Below the pieces are notes generated by a model. It was not told the DNA's origin, ran no database searches, and saw nothing but the letters and a program-made list of their open reading frames with translations. The translations under genes were made by a program, and so were the position numbers. Source: a virus (taxonomy: Duplodnaviria > Caudoviricetes). From it: DNA of 52,656 nt. Positions within the stretch are counted from its first letter, which is position 1, and each line of letters begins with the position of its first letter. Positions 17,106-25,905 of the stretch are shown here, piece by piece. The stretch spans positions 1 through 52,656 of IMG/VR virus record IMGVR_UViG_3300049893_002244; one strand, written 5' to 3'.

Positions 17106-17645
17106 ATGAAACATTCTCCTGCCATTTCCAAGGTGTCGCAAACCATTCTCTCCAAGTTCAACAGTGGTGCTGAACTGACCGAGAAGTTCCACAATCTCGT
17201 TCGTCAGAGCATTGACGAAGTGGTTGACACCGCTCGCACTGGCCGCACTTCCCTGTCGGAACTGGAAAAGACCGAGAAAACCTACATTGGCACGAAGGTC
17301 GAAATCCTCACTCGCGCCATGCTCGGCTTGACGAAGGGCGAGCGTCTGGACCTCAAGGTGGCTGGCATCGAGGTTGACGTGAAGTTCACCGTTGGCAAGA
17401 CGTGGATGATTCCGATGGAGGCTTTTGGTGAAATCTGCCTGCTCATCTACGGCAACGAGAAGAAGGGCACCTTCGGCGTCGGCCTGCTCAAAATGACTCC
17501 GGGCAATCTCACCAAGGGAGCCAACCGCGACCGCAAGCTCAGTGTTTCCTCGCGGGGCAAGAAGAACATCGTTTGGCTGGCTCACGCTGGCCTCATGTCT
17601 GCCAGCGAAGTTCTTGCCATCAAGGAGAAGCACAACCGGAAGTAA
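17106..17645 (+). CDS. NaeI-family restriction endonuclease, catalytic domain only
   Basis: RTGR..L.KTEKT..GT.VEI, D..AG..VD.KF, WMIP.E..G.ICL and ANRD match the NaeI Endo domain; 179 aa. Confidence 0.8.
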   Translation: MKHSPAISKVSQTILSKFNSGAELTEKFHNLVRQSIDEVVDTARTGRTSLSELEKTEKTYIGTKVEILTRAMLGLTKGERLDLKVAGIEVDVKFTVGKTWMIPMEAFGEICLLIYGNEKKGTFGVGLLKMTPGNLTKGANRDRKLSVSSRGKKNIVWLAHAGLMSASEVLAIKEKHNRK

Positions 17646-17720
17646 AAACTTCTTGACTTTTTACAAAACACATATCAACCTTTCACCCGTAATCATCAAC
17701 ATCAACCAAATCAAAACAAC

Positions 17721-18002
17721 ATGAGCGTCACCGCCCCTGCCACATCGTCCAAGCGCGCCCCCTACGGCTTCAAGCTGGACTTCCCCACCAACGATTTCAC
17801 GATGCGCGACCTGCGCAAGCAGAAGTCGCACAAGGTCAAGTATATCACGCTCTACATGCGTGTCAAGAACGCCCTCAAGGACGGCACCCTCATCGTCGCC
17901 GGTGAGAAGGCTCCGAGCAAGGTCCGTCGTGGCCGCAAGGAACTGGTGTTCCGTCGCGTGGACGCCAAGACCAACTTCGTCACCGTCACGCCCGTTTCCT
18001 AA
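17721..18002 (+). CDS. basic putative winged-helix DNA-binding protein
   Basis: FT..DL..helix..G..GRK.LVF wing-like pattern. Confidence 0.6.
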   Translation: MSVTAPATSSKRAPYGFKLDFPTNDFTMRDLRKQKSHKVKYITLYMRVKNALKDGTLIVAGEKAPSKVRRGRKELVFRRVDAKTNFVTVTPVS

Positions 18003-18066
18003 CCGAAAAGGAACAAATTGTTTGACAAGAAACCCATCGCCAACAACGATGGGTTTCTTCTTCTCC

Positions 18067-18468
18067 ATGAAGTTTGCTCCCAAACTGCCACGTTACATGA
18101 CAACGGATGACTTGGTAAACCAAGTCGAGGTTCTTGACAACACCAAACAGACATCCGGTCTGGGCTGGTCGCGTTTCACGAGCACATATCGCACCCTTCA
18201 GGCATATCGCCACAAGGCTCTCGGTATCGTGCTCAAGAAACCGAACTGTATCCTCGAACCCCGCACACCACTCTCAGTGCGCGTTCCCACGGTGAAGCTC
18301 AAGAACGGCTGGGTCATGCAACCACTGGTGAAGAAGGTCGAACTGCGCAAGGCGTGTGATATCATCTCCGGTCATCTCAAGGATGCTCGCGAGCGACAGA
18401 TTTATCCCGACCTTCACACCGGCAACGTCGGCTGGTATAACGGCCATCCGGTCATGTTCGATTGGTAA
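18067..18468 (+). CDS. minimal protein-kinase-like (ePK/APH fold) protein
   Basis: VLK, DLHTGNVG catalytic loop, terminal FDW. Confidence 0.65.
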   Translation: MKFAPKLPRYMTTDDLVNQVEVLDNTKQTSGLGWSRFTSTYRTLQAYRHKALGIVLKKPNCILEPRTPLSVRVPTVKLKNGWVMQPLVKKVELRKACDIISGHLKDARERQIYPDLHTGNVGWYNGHPVMFDW

Positions 18469-18513
18469 AACAAAATCTTGACTTTTCATAACAACTCAAC
18501 CAACCTCATTCAC

Positions 18514-18729
18514 ATGAAAGCATCTGCAATCATCAGCATCATCATCACCGTCGTTCTTCTCGCGCTTCTCATCTCGGTCATCCTCGCCCTACCGGTGATG
18601 TGGCTCTGGAACGCCACGCTGCCGGAACTGTTCAAGTTCCCCGAAATCGGCCTGTGGATGGCGTGGAAGCTCGCCTTCCTTTCCAGCCTGCTCTTCAAGA
18701 GCACCAGCACCACCACCTCCAAATCCTAA
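18514..18729 (+). CDS. small membrane protein
   Basis: MWLWN..P.LF..P.I.. pattern; hydrophobic. Confidence 0.75.
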   Translation: MKASAIISIIITVVLLALLISVILALPVMWLWNATLPELFKFPEIGLWMAWKLAFLSSLLFKSTSTTTSKS

Positions 18730-18743
18730 AAGGAAACACTACC

Positions 18744-19067
18744 ATGCCCTGCCGCTCATACGAAGACGACTCCCCGAGAGTGGTCTATCAGGATGACCCG
18801 AAGACCAAGAAGCTGGTGGAGGACCAGAAGACCAAGCTCGACCTTCTCACCCGCCTGCTCTGCTTTGTGCTCACCAATGCGACGGACTCGTTTTGGCTCA
18901 CACTGAGCAAGGTCAAGAAGACCGCCGCGCACGGTGATGCCTTCAAGGAACTGTCTGTGTGGTGGGAACAGCACAAAGCCGACGACAAGCGCGAGCGCAA
19001 GAAGATTCGTCAGGCTGCTCTCGCCAAGCTCTCCCCCGAGGAAAAAGAAGCTCTCGGCCTCGACTGA
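18744..19067 (+). CDS. phage hypothetical protein (MPC...WW..H...ALAKLS.EE..ALGL)
   Basis: Recurrent phage motif. Confidence 0.75.
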   Translation: MPCRSYEDDSPRVVYQDDPKTKKLVEDQKTKLDLLTRLLCFVLTNATDSFWLTLSKVKKTAAHGDAFKELSVWWEQHKADDKRERKKIRQAALAKLSPEEKEALGLD

Positions 19068-19105
19068 GGCTTGACTTTTATAAAAAAATCGTCACTGTTG
19101 GCAGC

Positions 19106-19366
19106 ATGAACTCTTGCTATACCGAAACGCTTGGTCAGGCGATGGAAGCCATCGTCAAGGACATTGAAGCTCGTGGTATCGTTCTTGCTGAAATCAACAA
19201 GGACTGGCTCGATGCGTTTAATTTCGGTGGGCTGTCATATGGTCAGGACCGCGAGGTTCATGCCGAAATCGAAACCATCAAGGGCAAGAAGACTTGGAAG
19301 TTTGCCCATGCCCACATCTGGCGTTTCGAGAACGGTCGCTACGAGTGGCTGGTTTACGTTCTGTGA
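19106..19366 (+). CDS. hypothetical protein
   Basis: Leaderless after promoter 19071. Confidence 0.75.
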   Translation: MNSCYTETLGQAMEAIVKDIEARGIVLAEINKDWLDAFNFGGLSYGQDREVHAEIETIKGKKTWKFAHAHIWRFENGRYEWLVYVL

Positions 19367-19368
19367 CC

Positions 19369-19509
19369 ATGAAAGCAATCCCCTGCAATCTCATCGTGCA
19401 TGGCAAGTGGACTGAACTGGATATGGGCAACTTCCCGTCCATCCGAGCCGCAAAGAAATATGTTGCGGTTTTGAACAAGCCTCACACCATCAAGCGACTC
19501 AAGAAATGA
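19369..19509 (+). CDS. hypothetical protein
   Basis: Coupled small ORF. Confidence 0.55.
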   Translation: MKAIPCNLIVHGKWTELDMGNFPSIRAAKKYVAVLNKPHTIKRLKK

Positions 19510-19682
19510 ACAACTGGACCCTCCGCGTCTACGACTTCGACGGTCGCACTCGACTGCACGAGGAATCTTTCTTCGCCAGCACGGAAGTCACGGCTGACAA
19601 GACTGCGCTTGCCATCGTGGAGCGCGACTGGCCGGGACACGAGTGGTCCCTCATGCCGCTCGACTGGCAAGAACAATCTTAA
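19506..19682 (+). CDS. hypothetical protein (58 aa)
   Basis: ATGA overlap; below the ORF-track cutoff. Confidence 0.6.
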   Translation: MNNWTLRVYDFDGRTRLHEESFFASTEVTADKTALAIVERDWPGHEWSLMPLDWQEQS

Positions 19683-19693
19683 CCAAGAAAACA

Positions 19694-19906
19694 ATGACAC
19701 CCACAACCCTGCTCATCATCGGTATCATCAGCCTCTTCATCGGGGCCATCGCCGCCTTCATCAACATCGCGACGGCGTCTTCAACCGGGCGTTCCATTCT
19801 CTCCGTGATGGTCTGCCACGCCTTCGCTGGACTGTTCTGGATTGGTGGTGGTATCACCACCCTCGTCGCCATCGTCATGTTCCTCATCAACTACGCCAAG
19901 CACTAA
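19694..19906 (+). CDS. small membrane protein
   Basis: Two TM segments. Confidence 0.7.
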   Translation: MTPTTLLIIGIISLFIGAIAAFINIATASSTGRSILSVMVCHAFAGLFWIGGGITTLVAIVMFLINYAKH

Positions 19907-19907
19907 C

Positions 19908-20036
19908 ATGGACTCCTTCTACAAGTTCGCTTCCGAGAATCCGTGGCTCACGTTTTTCCTCGCCGTCGTCATTGGCAACACCATCTACTACAGCGTGGAG
20001 AAGATTTGCGGGGTTTTCACTTCCCGCAAAAAGTAA
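19908..20036 (+). CDS. small membrane peptide
   Basis: Hydrophobic 42 aa ORF. Confidence 0.6.
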   Translation: MDSFYKFASENPWLTFFLAVVIGNTIYYSVEKICGVFTSRKK

Positions 20037-20074
20037 GCCTTGACTTTTATAAAATCTCTGCCACTTTAATTGGC

Positions 20075-20200
20075 ATGGACTCAAAGGACATTCTTCAAAA
20101 ACTCGTTGTCGAGATGGTTGACAACGGTTCTGTCACCATCAAACTCGGCACCCCTGAATCCAAGGCACTCATCGCTGCGGCTCTTGGGAAGAAAAAGTAA
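20075..20200 (+). CDS. small hypothetical protein
   Basis: Leaderless after promoter 20040. Confidence 0.6.
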   Translation: MDSKDILQKLVVEMVDNGSVTIKLGTPESKALIAAALGKKK

Positions 20201-20201
20201 C

Positions 20202-20594
20202 ATGAATCGCCCTTGGCCAGAAGACCGTTCCAAAACCGTGGTGTTCGATGAACTCTCGGACCCACTTCGCAAGGCGTTTCGTTCGCTCTATTCCATGCGG
20301 CGCAAAGCCAATGGAACTGATTGGACCGGTCTGGATATCGGCAGGAGCCTGAAGGCTGGTTGCACCTCGCCTGACGATAATCTCTCGAAGGAAGGGCTGG
20401 CATACCACCGTGAACAAGGTCGGGATGCTCTCGACGCGCTAATCCAAGTTGCTCTGCAAACTGGCATGGAGCAGGGTGAACGTATGCTGCGGGAACGTCA
20501 GAAAACGATGGTCATGCTGCTCAAGATACTCGCCAAGGATTCCAAGAACCGCGATAGTATTCTTCAGGCCATCGAGTGTCTCGAAGAGTCTTGA
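20202..20594 (+). CDS. hypothetical protein
   Basis: ORF ending in the TGA of the next TTGAC. Confidence 0.75.
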   Translation: MNRPWPEDRSKTVVFDELSDPLRKAFRSLYSMRRKANGTDWTGLDIGRSLKAGCTSPDDNLSKEGLAYHREQGRDALDALIQVALQTGMEQGERMLRERQKTMVMLLKILAKDSKNRDSILQAIECLEES

Positions 20595-20625
20595 CATTTA
20601 TAAAATCTCTGGCACTTTAATCGAT

Positions 20626-21513
20626 ATGGAACTCGACTTCCGCAACGTTATTGCCGAGCCGCCCTATGACCAGATGGGTGCGGACTTCAAGGAAATCTTC
20701 GGCAAGTGGGTGAACGAAACCCAGCTTCACAATCCGAACGAGCTTAATCAGCTTGCCTTTGGTTTGTTCCGTATGCGGCTGGCTCTGGCTCAGAAGTATA
20801 ACACCTACTTCGCCAAGCAGGTTACGGCTGGCGGCAAGGAACTCTGGAAAGAACGCTATGCTGGTGTGGGCAATGAGCCGTGTTATTCATTCGCCAGCCC
20901 ACTTGTTCCCCGGACCCTGCGCTTCTACAAGTGGACCATTCAGCGCAATCTCGAAGATACCCGCATCAACACCACGATTCGCTACTGGAATACGAACTAC
21001 GCTGAATATCCGACCTTTCCTGTCCCGGTGACGCCGTTCAAGGACATGATTGTGTGGTCCAGCACTTATCAGCCTCGTTTCACCGCTCGCACAGGTGGTC
21101 CGTTTGAAGTTCGCCGGATGCTCTATGGCTTGTCTGAGCAGGAAGGTTCTGCCGGTGAGCGCATGTTTCTTTTCGAGCATCCCCGCAGCCGTTGGATTGG
21201 CCAGATTCGTTCCGAGGCCACCACGTTCTGGAACATCGCTTGGGACAAGAACAACGACCAATACACCCGCTTTGCTGCCCTCGCCTCGTTTGAGTGGCTG
21301 TGGAACTGGGCGAATCCCTTCATGCGTTCTGGTGCGCTCACCAGCGATGCCTTGAGCCTCGTGATGCAGAAGCATATCGGAGCCAAGAGCCGTGAATCGT
21401 TCTATCATCAGGACTGCGAAGCTCTGCTTCTGCCCTTCGATGAATATGTCACAAAGCGAGTGAACGACATGACCCACGGTTTTGTTCCTCGGTTTGATAT
21501 GAATGTCGCTTGA
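20626..21513 (+). CDS. putative Fido (Fic/Doc/AvrB)-fold protein with degenerate motif
   Basis: WLWNWANPFMRSGALTS and D.EAL.LP..EYV resemble the AvrB-type Fido core. Confidence 0.5.
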   Translation: MELDFRNVIAEPPYDQMGADFKEIFGKWVNETQLHNPNELNQLAFGLFRMRLALAQKYNTYFAKQVTAGGKELWKERYAGVGNEPCYSFASPLVPRTLRFYKWTIQRNLEDTRINTTIRYWNTNYAEYPTFPVPVTPFKDMIVWSSTYQPRFTARTGGPFEVRRMLYGLSEQEGSAGERMFLFEHPRSRWIGQIRSEATTFWNIAWDKNNDQYTRFAALASFEWLWNWANPFMRSGALTSDALSLVMQKHIGAKSRESFYHQDCEALLLPFDEYVTKRVNDMTHGFVPRFDMNVA

Positions 21514-21543
21514 CATTTATAAAAATCGGTTCATCTTCGTCGC

Positions 21544-21912
21544 ATGGAAACAACGCTTGACCAAAAGCTGATTCGTCTTGCTTTCGACCCCGGTGCCACC
21601 GAGGGTGAAGCCGTCAATGCCTTTCTCATGTATCGGAGAAAGTTTGGCAAGATGCCTTCGCTTACGGTGGAGGCTCCGAAACCATCCCGGTTTACCAGCA
21701 AATGGGAAATCACCGTTGGCGCAAAGAAGATGGATGGTCTGCTCTATATTCTTTCGCATTGGAGCAAAGAGGCGTTCTATGTCATCATCTACGAGGACAT
21801 GCGCAAGGGACTGTTCGACTCTTGGAAGATTCAACTCGCTGTGCGGTTTGACTCTCAGGATGAACTGGACAACTTCAATGGCTATTTCAAGAAAGCGTTC
21901 GACCTTCTTTAA
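21544..21912 (+). CDS. hypothetical protein with DUF2786-like N-terminus
   Basis: KLIRLA....TEGEA.NA. Confidence 0.65.
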   Translation: METTLDQKLIRLAFDPGATEGEAVNAFLMYRRKFGKMPSLTVEAPKPSRFTSKWEITVGAKKMDGLLYILSHWSKEAFYVIIYEDMRKGLFDSWKIQLAVRFDSQDELDNFNGYFKKAFDLL

Positions 21913-21948
21913 CCTTGACTTTTCATAAAACATCAACATATTACCACC

Positions 21949-22203
21949 ATGCTCAAAATTCTACCTGACGAAGTTCCCGAAATTACTCCCGATACCCGCA
22001 TCGAAAATGGCGACCCGACCTACGGTGCCACGGTTGGCAAGCTTGATGAGTTTGTCGGTAAGAACGTGTTTGTCACCCTCATCACTGGCGAATTTTTCGT
22101 GGGTCGCTGTGAGTCCGTCGTTCATGATGGACGAACGATGTTCACCGTCGGTCAGTGCCAACGGTTTCACCAAAGCTTTGTCGAATCGGTGCGCGAAACC
22201 TGA
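21949..22203 (+). CDS. hypothetical protein
   Basis: Leaderless after promoter 21915. Confidence 0.7.
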   Translation: MLKILPDEVPEITPDTRIENGDPTYGATVGKLDEFVGKNVFVTLITGEFFVGRCESVVHDGRTMFTVGQCQRFHQSFVESVRET

Positions 22204-22257
22204 GCTTGACTTTTTTATAACATATGGCAGTGTGAAGACCTCACACTGCCTTTTTTT

Positions 22258-22500
22258 ATGACCAAAACAATCGAAAACTTTCAACACGGTTTCACCATCC
22301 TCGGAGTCATCGCGTTTGTGCTCATTCTGCTGGTGCTGGCGTTTCATACATTCAACATTTTGAAGAATGCCATCCGAGACACCCTCAAGTGGCCGTTCAA
22401 TTATAAACTTCCTCTCGTGTTCCTTGGGAACCTGTGGGACCAGTTCATCGCTGAGTGCCAAGGTCAGGAAGTCGTGATTAGTCCAGTCAAAAAGGATTGA
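22258..22500 (+). CDS. small membrane protein
   Basis: One TM segment; stop lies in the next TTGAC. Confidence 0.65.
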   Translation: MTKTIENFQHGFTILGVIAFVLILLVLAFHTFNILKNAIRDTLKWPFNYKLPLVFLGNLWDQFIAECQGQEVVISPVKKD

Positions 22501-22533
22501 CTTTCATAAAAAGTCGATTCTTAATATAACGAC

Positions 22534-22725
22534 ATGAACCCTCACACTCTGGAATTCGCTCTCGGTCTTGGCGGCTCTCTGTTTGGAGCAATCGCATTTG
22601 CTGCGTATCTCATCGCTGACCGCAGTCGTGGCGAGCCGTCAATCTACAAGGCGCATATGGCGTGGGCCATCGGCCTTGGTCTCGCCTCGGTTGGCTGCTT
22701 CATCGGGCTTCATCTTCTTTCTTGA
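22534..22725 (+). CDS. small membrane protein
   Basis: Two TM segments. Confidence 0.7.
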   Translation: MNPHTLEFALGLGGSLFGAIAFAAYLIADRSRGEPSIYKAHMAWAIGLGLASVGCFIGLHLLS

Positions 22726-22757
22726 CTTTTTATAATTAATCGTCACTCTCTTGTGTA

Positions 22758-22819
22758 GGGTCGGGTGGCAAGGTGCCACTGGATGATAGCCCAAGAGTTC
22801 GATTCTCTCCTTCCCACCA
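22758..22819 (+). ncRNA. miniature tRNA-like RNA (62 nt) lacking a normal anticodon arm
   Basis: Starts at the predicted +1 of promoter 22722; gtggc/gccac arm, AGAG-TTCGATT-CTCT T arm, ends CCC-A-CCA. Confidence 0.6.
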
Positions 22820-22827
22820 ATTTCAAA

Positions 22828-23082
22828 ATGAACACCATCCTCGCCACCACCGAAGTCGTAGTTTACACTCCGCTCGAAAACTTCTTCTACAACACCCGCG
22901 AAGGTCAGGTTTTTCTCGGTGGGCTGTCGATGATTCTTCTCGCGGTGCTCGTCGGCTTCGTCGTTTGGGCGATGGTCGAGAGCAAGCTTCAATACAAGCG
23001 CAACGGCCACACGATTGCCACGGTCATTGGTGTTGCCGCTGGTCTGCTCGCTGGCTACGGCGTCTTCAGCTACATTTTCTAA
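22828..23082 (+). CDS. small membrane protein
   Basis: Two TM segments. Confidence 0.7.
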   Translation: MNTILATTEVVVYTPLENFFYNTREGQVFLGGLSMILLAVLVGFVVWAMVESKLQYKRNGHTIATVIGVAAGLLAGYGVFSYIF

Positions 23083-23088
23083 ACCAAC

Positions 23089-23352
23089 ATGAACGAATAT
23101 CTCCTGTTCTTCTCCCTGTTCTTCCCGCGCATTTCTCTCTTTGTCGCGTGGCTTTCTGGTGCCATTCCTCCGAACGGCGTGCCCTTCTGGTTCGAGTTCT
23201 TCCTCACCCTGTTCGTTCCGCGTGCGCTGATTATCTTCTACATCGGCACCACGCTCGGCTGGAACAGCGGTTGGTTGGTCGCACATGTCATCGCGTGGCT
23301 CCTCGCCATGCTGTTCGGTGGAAGTTCTGCCTCGAAGAGCAAAAAGAGTTGA
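23089..23352 (+). CDS. small membrane protein
   Basis: Hydrophobic; repeated F(F/V)PR motif. Confidence 0.75.
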   Translation: MNEYLLFFSLFFPRISLFVAWLSGAIPPNGVPFWFEFFLTLFVPRALIIFYIGTTLGWNSGWLVAHVIAWLLAMLFGGSSASKSKKS

Positions 23353-23383
23353 CATTTATAAAAAAGCAGTCACTCTCCTAGCT

Positions 23384-23824
23384 ATGAACTACAGCTACAA
23401 GTTTGACCCCAAGAAGCTCGCGAAGGAGACGGCCAACATCCCCGCCGCTGGTTTCTTCACCTCGTGGAATCGCGTCGTGCGTCTGCTGGCCGAACGCCAT
23501 TTCAACATTTGGGAGGCCGAAGCTCTCATCAAGTCCAACGTGCTGAAGCTCGCTGTCAAGGGCGTTTCGGCTACCAAGGTGGCCACTTCCGGCACCCTCG
23601 CCAGCTACTTCGACAATCACGGCATCGCTCCGGGCAGTAAGTTCGTGAACGACCTCGTGATGAAGACTTTCGCCAAGGAATATGACCTCGAACTCAACGA
23701 GAAGGGTCAGCCCTGCCGTCGAGGCACGATGCCGGGCAACTATCACCCGAATCGCACCATCCTCGTTCCCCTCGGCACGCCTGCTTGCTGCGACCCGACC
23801 AGCGAAACTTACTGGTCGATGTAA
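23384..23824 (+). CDS. phage hypothetical protein with C-terminal TPxCCDPxSETYWSM motif
   Basis: Leaderless ORF. Confidence 0.8.
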   Translation: MNYSYKFDPKKLAKETANIPAAGFFTSWNRVVRLLAERHFNIWEAEALIKSNVLKLAVKGVSATKVATSGTLASYFDNHGIAPGSKFVNDLVMKTFAKEYDLELNEKGQPCRRGTMPGNYHPNRTILVPLGTPACCDPTSETYWSM

Positions 23825-23895
23825 TTTCAACCACCCAAACACATGGACGACAACTAGAGGCTTGACTTTTATAAAAATTCCATCATCGTGATGGC

Positions 23896-24246
23896 ATGAA
23901 ACTCATCAAGACATCCCATTCGTCCAGCGGCGAGTATTACGAGAACGGTCACATGTATCCGGCCTCGATGGGCAGCGTGAGCATGGAAGTCGCTCCCGAG
24001 AACCACAACGCCGCTATCTACTGGAAGCACTACTACGCCAACCTCGGCAACATGAAGGAGCAGATTTCTCGCGAAGAGTATCTCAGCCTTCTCGGCAAGA
24101 TTCTCGCTTCCCACGGCACGAACCATCCCACTTACGGTTGCAAGATGAGCGTCTGGATGAACGTGGAGCAGTGTGAGGGCTCTGGTTATGACTGGACCGG
24201 TCGCAACGCCATGCCCATCAATTTCGGTCTTGGTCGTCGTGGATAA
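23896..24246 (+). CDS. hypothetical protein
   Basis: Leaderless after promoter 23862. Confidence 0.75.
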   Translation: MKLIKTSHSSSGEYYENGHMYPASMGSVSMEVAPENHNAAIYWKHYYANLGNMKEQISREEYLSLLGKILASHGTNHPTYGCKMSVWMNVEQCEGSGYDWTGRNAMPINFGLGRRG

Positions 24247-24256
24247 CATCAAGGAC

Positions 24257-24409
24257 ATGACCGACGAGGAACTGCGGTCGCATATCCTCACCTGCGATTA
24301 CAAGGGCAAGAGCTTCAAGGCTCTTGTCCTGCAAGAAATCATCAACCGCGAAGTAACGGAAGCATATCTCACCGGACAATACGATGCCAAAAACGAACAT
24401 CACCCCTGA
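24257..24409 (+). CDS. hypothetical protein
   Basis: Small ORF; start uncertain. Confidence 0.55.
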   Translation: MTDEELRSHILTCDYKGKSFKALVLQEIINREVTEAYLTGQYDAKNEHHP

Positions 24410-24671
24410 AATCGGCAAGATTTATCTTGGTCGGCGCTACCACAACAGCAAGCGCATTGTGTGGGAACCGTTTCGCGTGGAATCAGAAAACATCAGCACC
24501 GTGGCCTTCTATCGCTATCGTGGCACGTGGTTGCTGGACAATTCACCGGGTTCTGCTGGCAGTTTCAAGGATTATGACCCGAAGTGGACCGCTCGCAAGG
24601 TCTGTGACCTTGAGCGTGAGGTGAAAATGCTTCAGGACCAAATCAATCAATTGAAGAGCATACAGGCTTGA
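24384..24671 (+). CDS. hypothetical protein
   Basis: Stop lies in the next TTGAC. Confidence 0.7.
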   Translation: MPKTNITPEIGKIYLGRRYHNSKRIVWEPFRVESENISTVAFYRYRGTWLLDNSPGSAGSFKDYDPKWTARKVCDLEREVKMLQDQINQLKSIQA

Positions 24672-24702
24672 CTTTCATAAAAAGCCTGCCACTTTAATTG
24701 AC

Positions 24703-24912
24703 ATGAAGATTTACATTGTCAGTGAAAGCAATCTCGACTGTGAGGGCCGCTCTTATTTGCCGCCGACGCACAAATATTTCCTCAAGCGGGAGAAGGCAAT
24801 TGACTTCATCAACCGCAAGCTCAAGACGTGCGAGGATGCCAAGAAGGTTGAAAGCACTCGCTGGACTCATTACTGGGGGGAATACAGGCTGCGCGTCGTA
24901 AACGCAACGTAA
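24703..24912 (+). CDS. hypothetical protein
   Basis: Leaderless after promoter 24668. Confidence 0.7.
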   Translation: MKIYIVSESNLDCEGRSYLPPTHKYFLKREKAIDFINRKLKTCEDAKKVESTRWTHYWGEYRLRVVNAT

Positions 24913-24943
24913 CCTTCTCAAAAACATCAACCTCTCAACTCAT

Positions 24944-25165
24944 ATGACTGAATATCTTTCCGTTGGCTGCTGGGTGCTGTATATCATCTGGTTCATCGTC
25001 TGGATGGTGCTGACGCCGCCCGCCAATACTTGGAGCGTTGGTCAGTGGGTTTTCGTCACTCTGATGGCCGGGCCGGTTGCATGGGCCATCGCTGTAGTGT
25101 GCGGCCTGTTTGCTGGCGTGGCGTGGCTTTGGAATTTTCTTGGTCGCTGGGGTAAACCCAACTGA
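24944..25165 (+). CDS. Trp-rich membrane protein (paralog of 25906-26130)
   Basis: IWF..TPP..W...GPV.W shared motif. Confidence 0.75.
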   Translation: MTEYLSVGCWVLYIIWFIVWMVLTPPANTWSVGQWVFVTLMAGPVAWAIAVVCGLFAGVAWLWNFLGRWGKPN

Positions 25166-25206
25166 ACTGACTTGACTTTTATAAAAACTCTGTCACTTTA
25201 ATTGAC

Positions 25207-25422
25207 ATGAAGAAAAAGGTCAACCACAAGAACTGGACCACGTTCGGCGTGGTCAAGGTTTCCGAAGGCGGCATGGGCGTGAGCCACGCCAAGTTTCTGC
25301 TCCACGAGGCTGGCATTCCCACTCGTCCGGGCTATTCCCCGTTTGTCGGTGAATCCGGCATCATGGTTCCCGACACGAAGAAAATCGTTCGCAAAACCGA
25401 GCGCATCCTCTACCGGTCATGA
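25207..25422 (+). CDS. hypothetical protein
   Basis: Leaderless after promoter 25172. Confidence 0.7.
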   Translation: MKKKVNHKNWTTFGVVKVSEGGMGVSHAKFLLHEAGIPTRPGYSPFVGESGIMVPDTKKIVRKTERILYRS

Positions 25423-25874
25423 ACTACCCCAAAGTGGTTTTTCCCGAGTGCGCTTCGCACTTGAGCAAGGCGTTTGGCAACCGTGAAGCACATCAGGCAT
25501 ATGCCGCCGAGCAGTTGAAGACGGTTGACTTTGACACCATCGTTGTCACAGGCATCAGCGGCATGGTGTTCGGCAGCGTGCTTTCTTTTCTCATGAAGAA
25601 GCATCTGGTGGTCGTGCGCAAGGGTGGCGACCGCTGTCATTCTTTCCGCAAGGTGGAAACCTCGTTTGTTGAACGCGATGGTCATCTGAGCAAGGTTTCG
25701 TTCCGCTGGGTCTTTCTCGATGACCTTGTGGACAGCGGCAAGACTTTCAAGCGTGTTCGCAGGAAGGTCAAGGAAATGCTTCCCGGTGGTGTGTATGTTG
25801 GACGGTATATGTTTGACACTCACAACTTTGTGTCGGTGAAGGAAGACGGTCGATTTGCCAAGCTTGGTGCTTGA
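25419..25874 (+). CDS. type I phosphoribosyltransferase-fold protein
   Basis: VVTGISG, VVRK and PRPP-binding loop FLDDLVDSGKT. Confidence 0.8.
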   Translation: MNYPKVVFPECASHLSKAFGNREAHQAYAAEQLKTVDFDTIVVTGISGMVFGSVLSFLMKKHLVVVRKGGDRCHSFRKVETSFVERDGHLSKVSFRWVFLDDLVDSGKTFKRVRRKVKEMLPGGVYVGRYMFDTHNFVSVKEDGRFAKLGA

Positions 25875-25905
25875 CTTCAATAAAATCTCAATCACTTTAA
25901 TTCCC

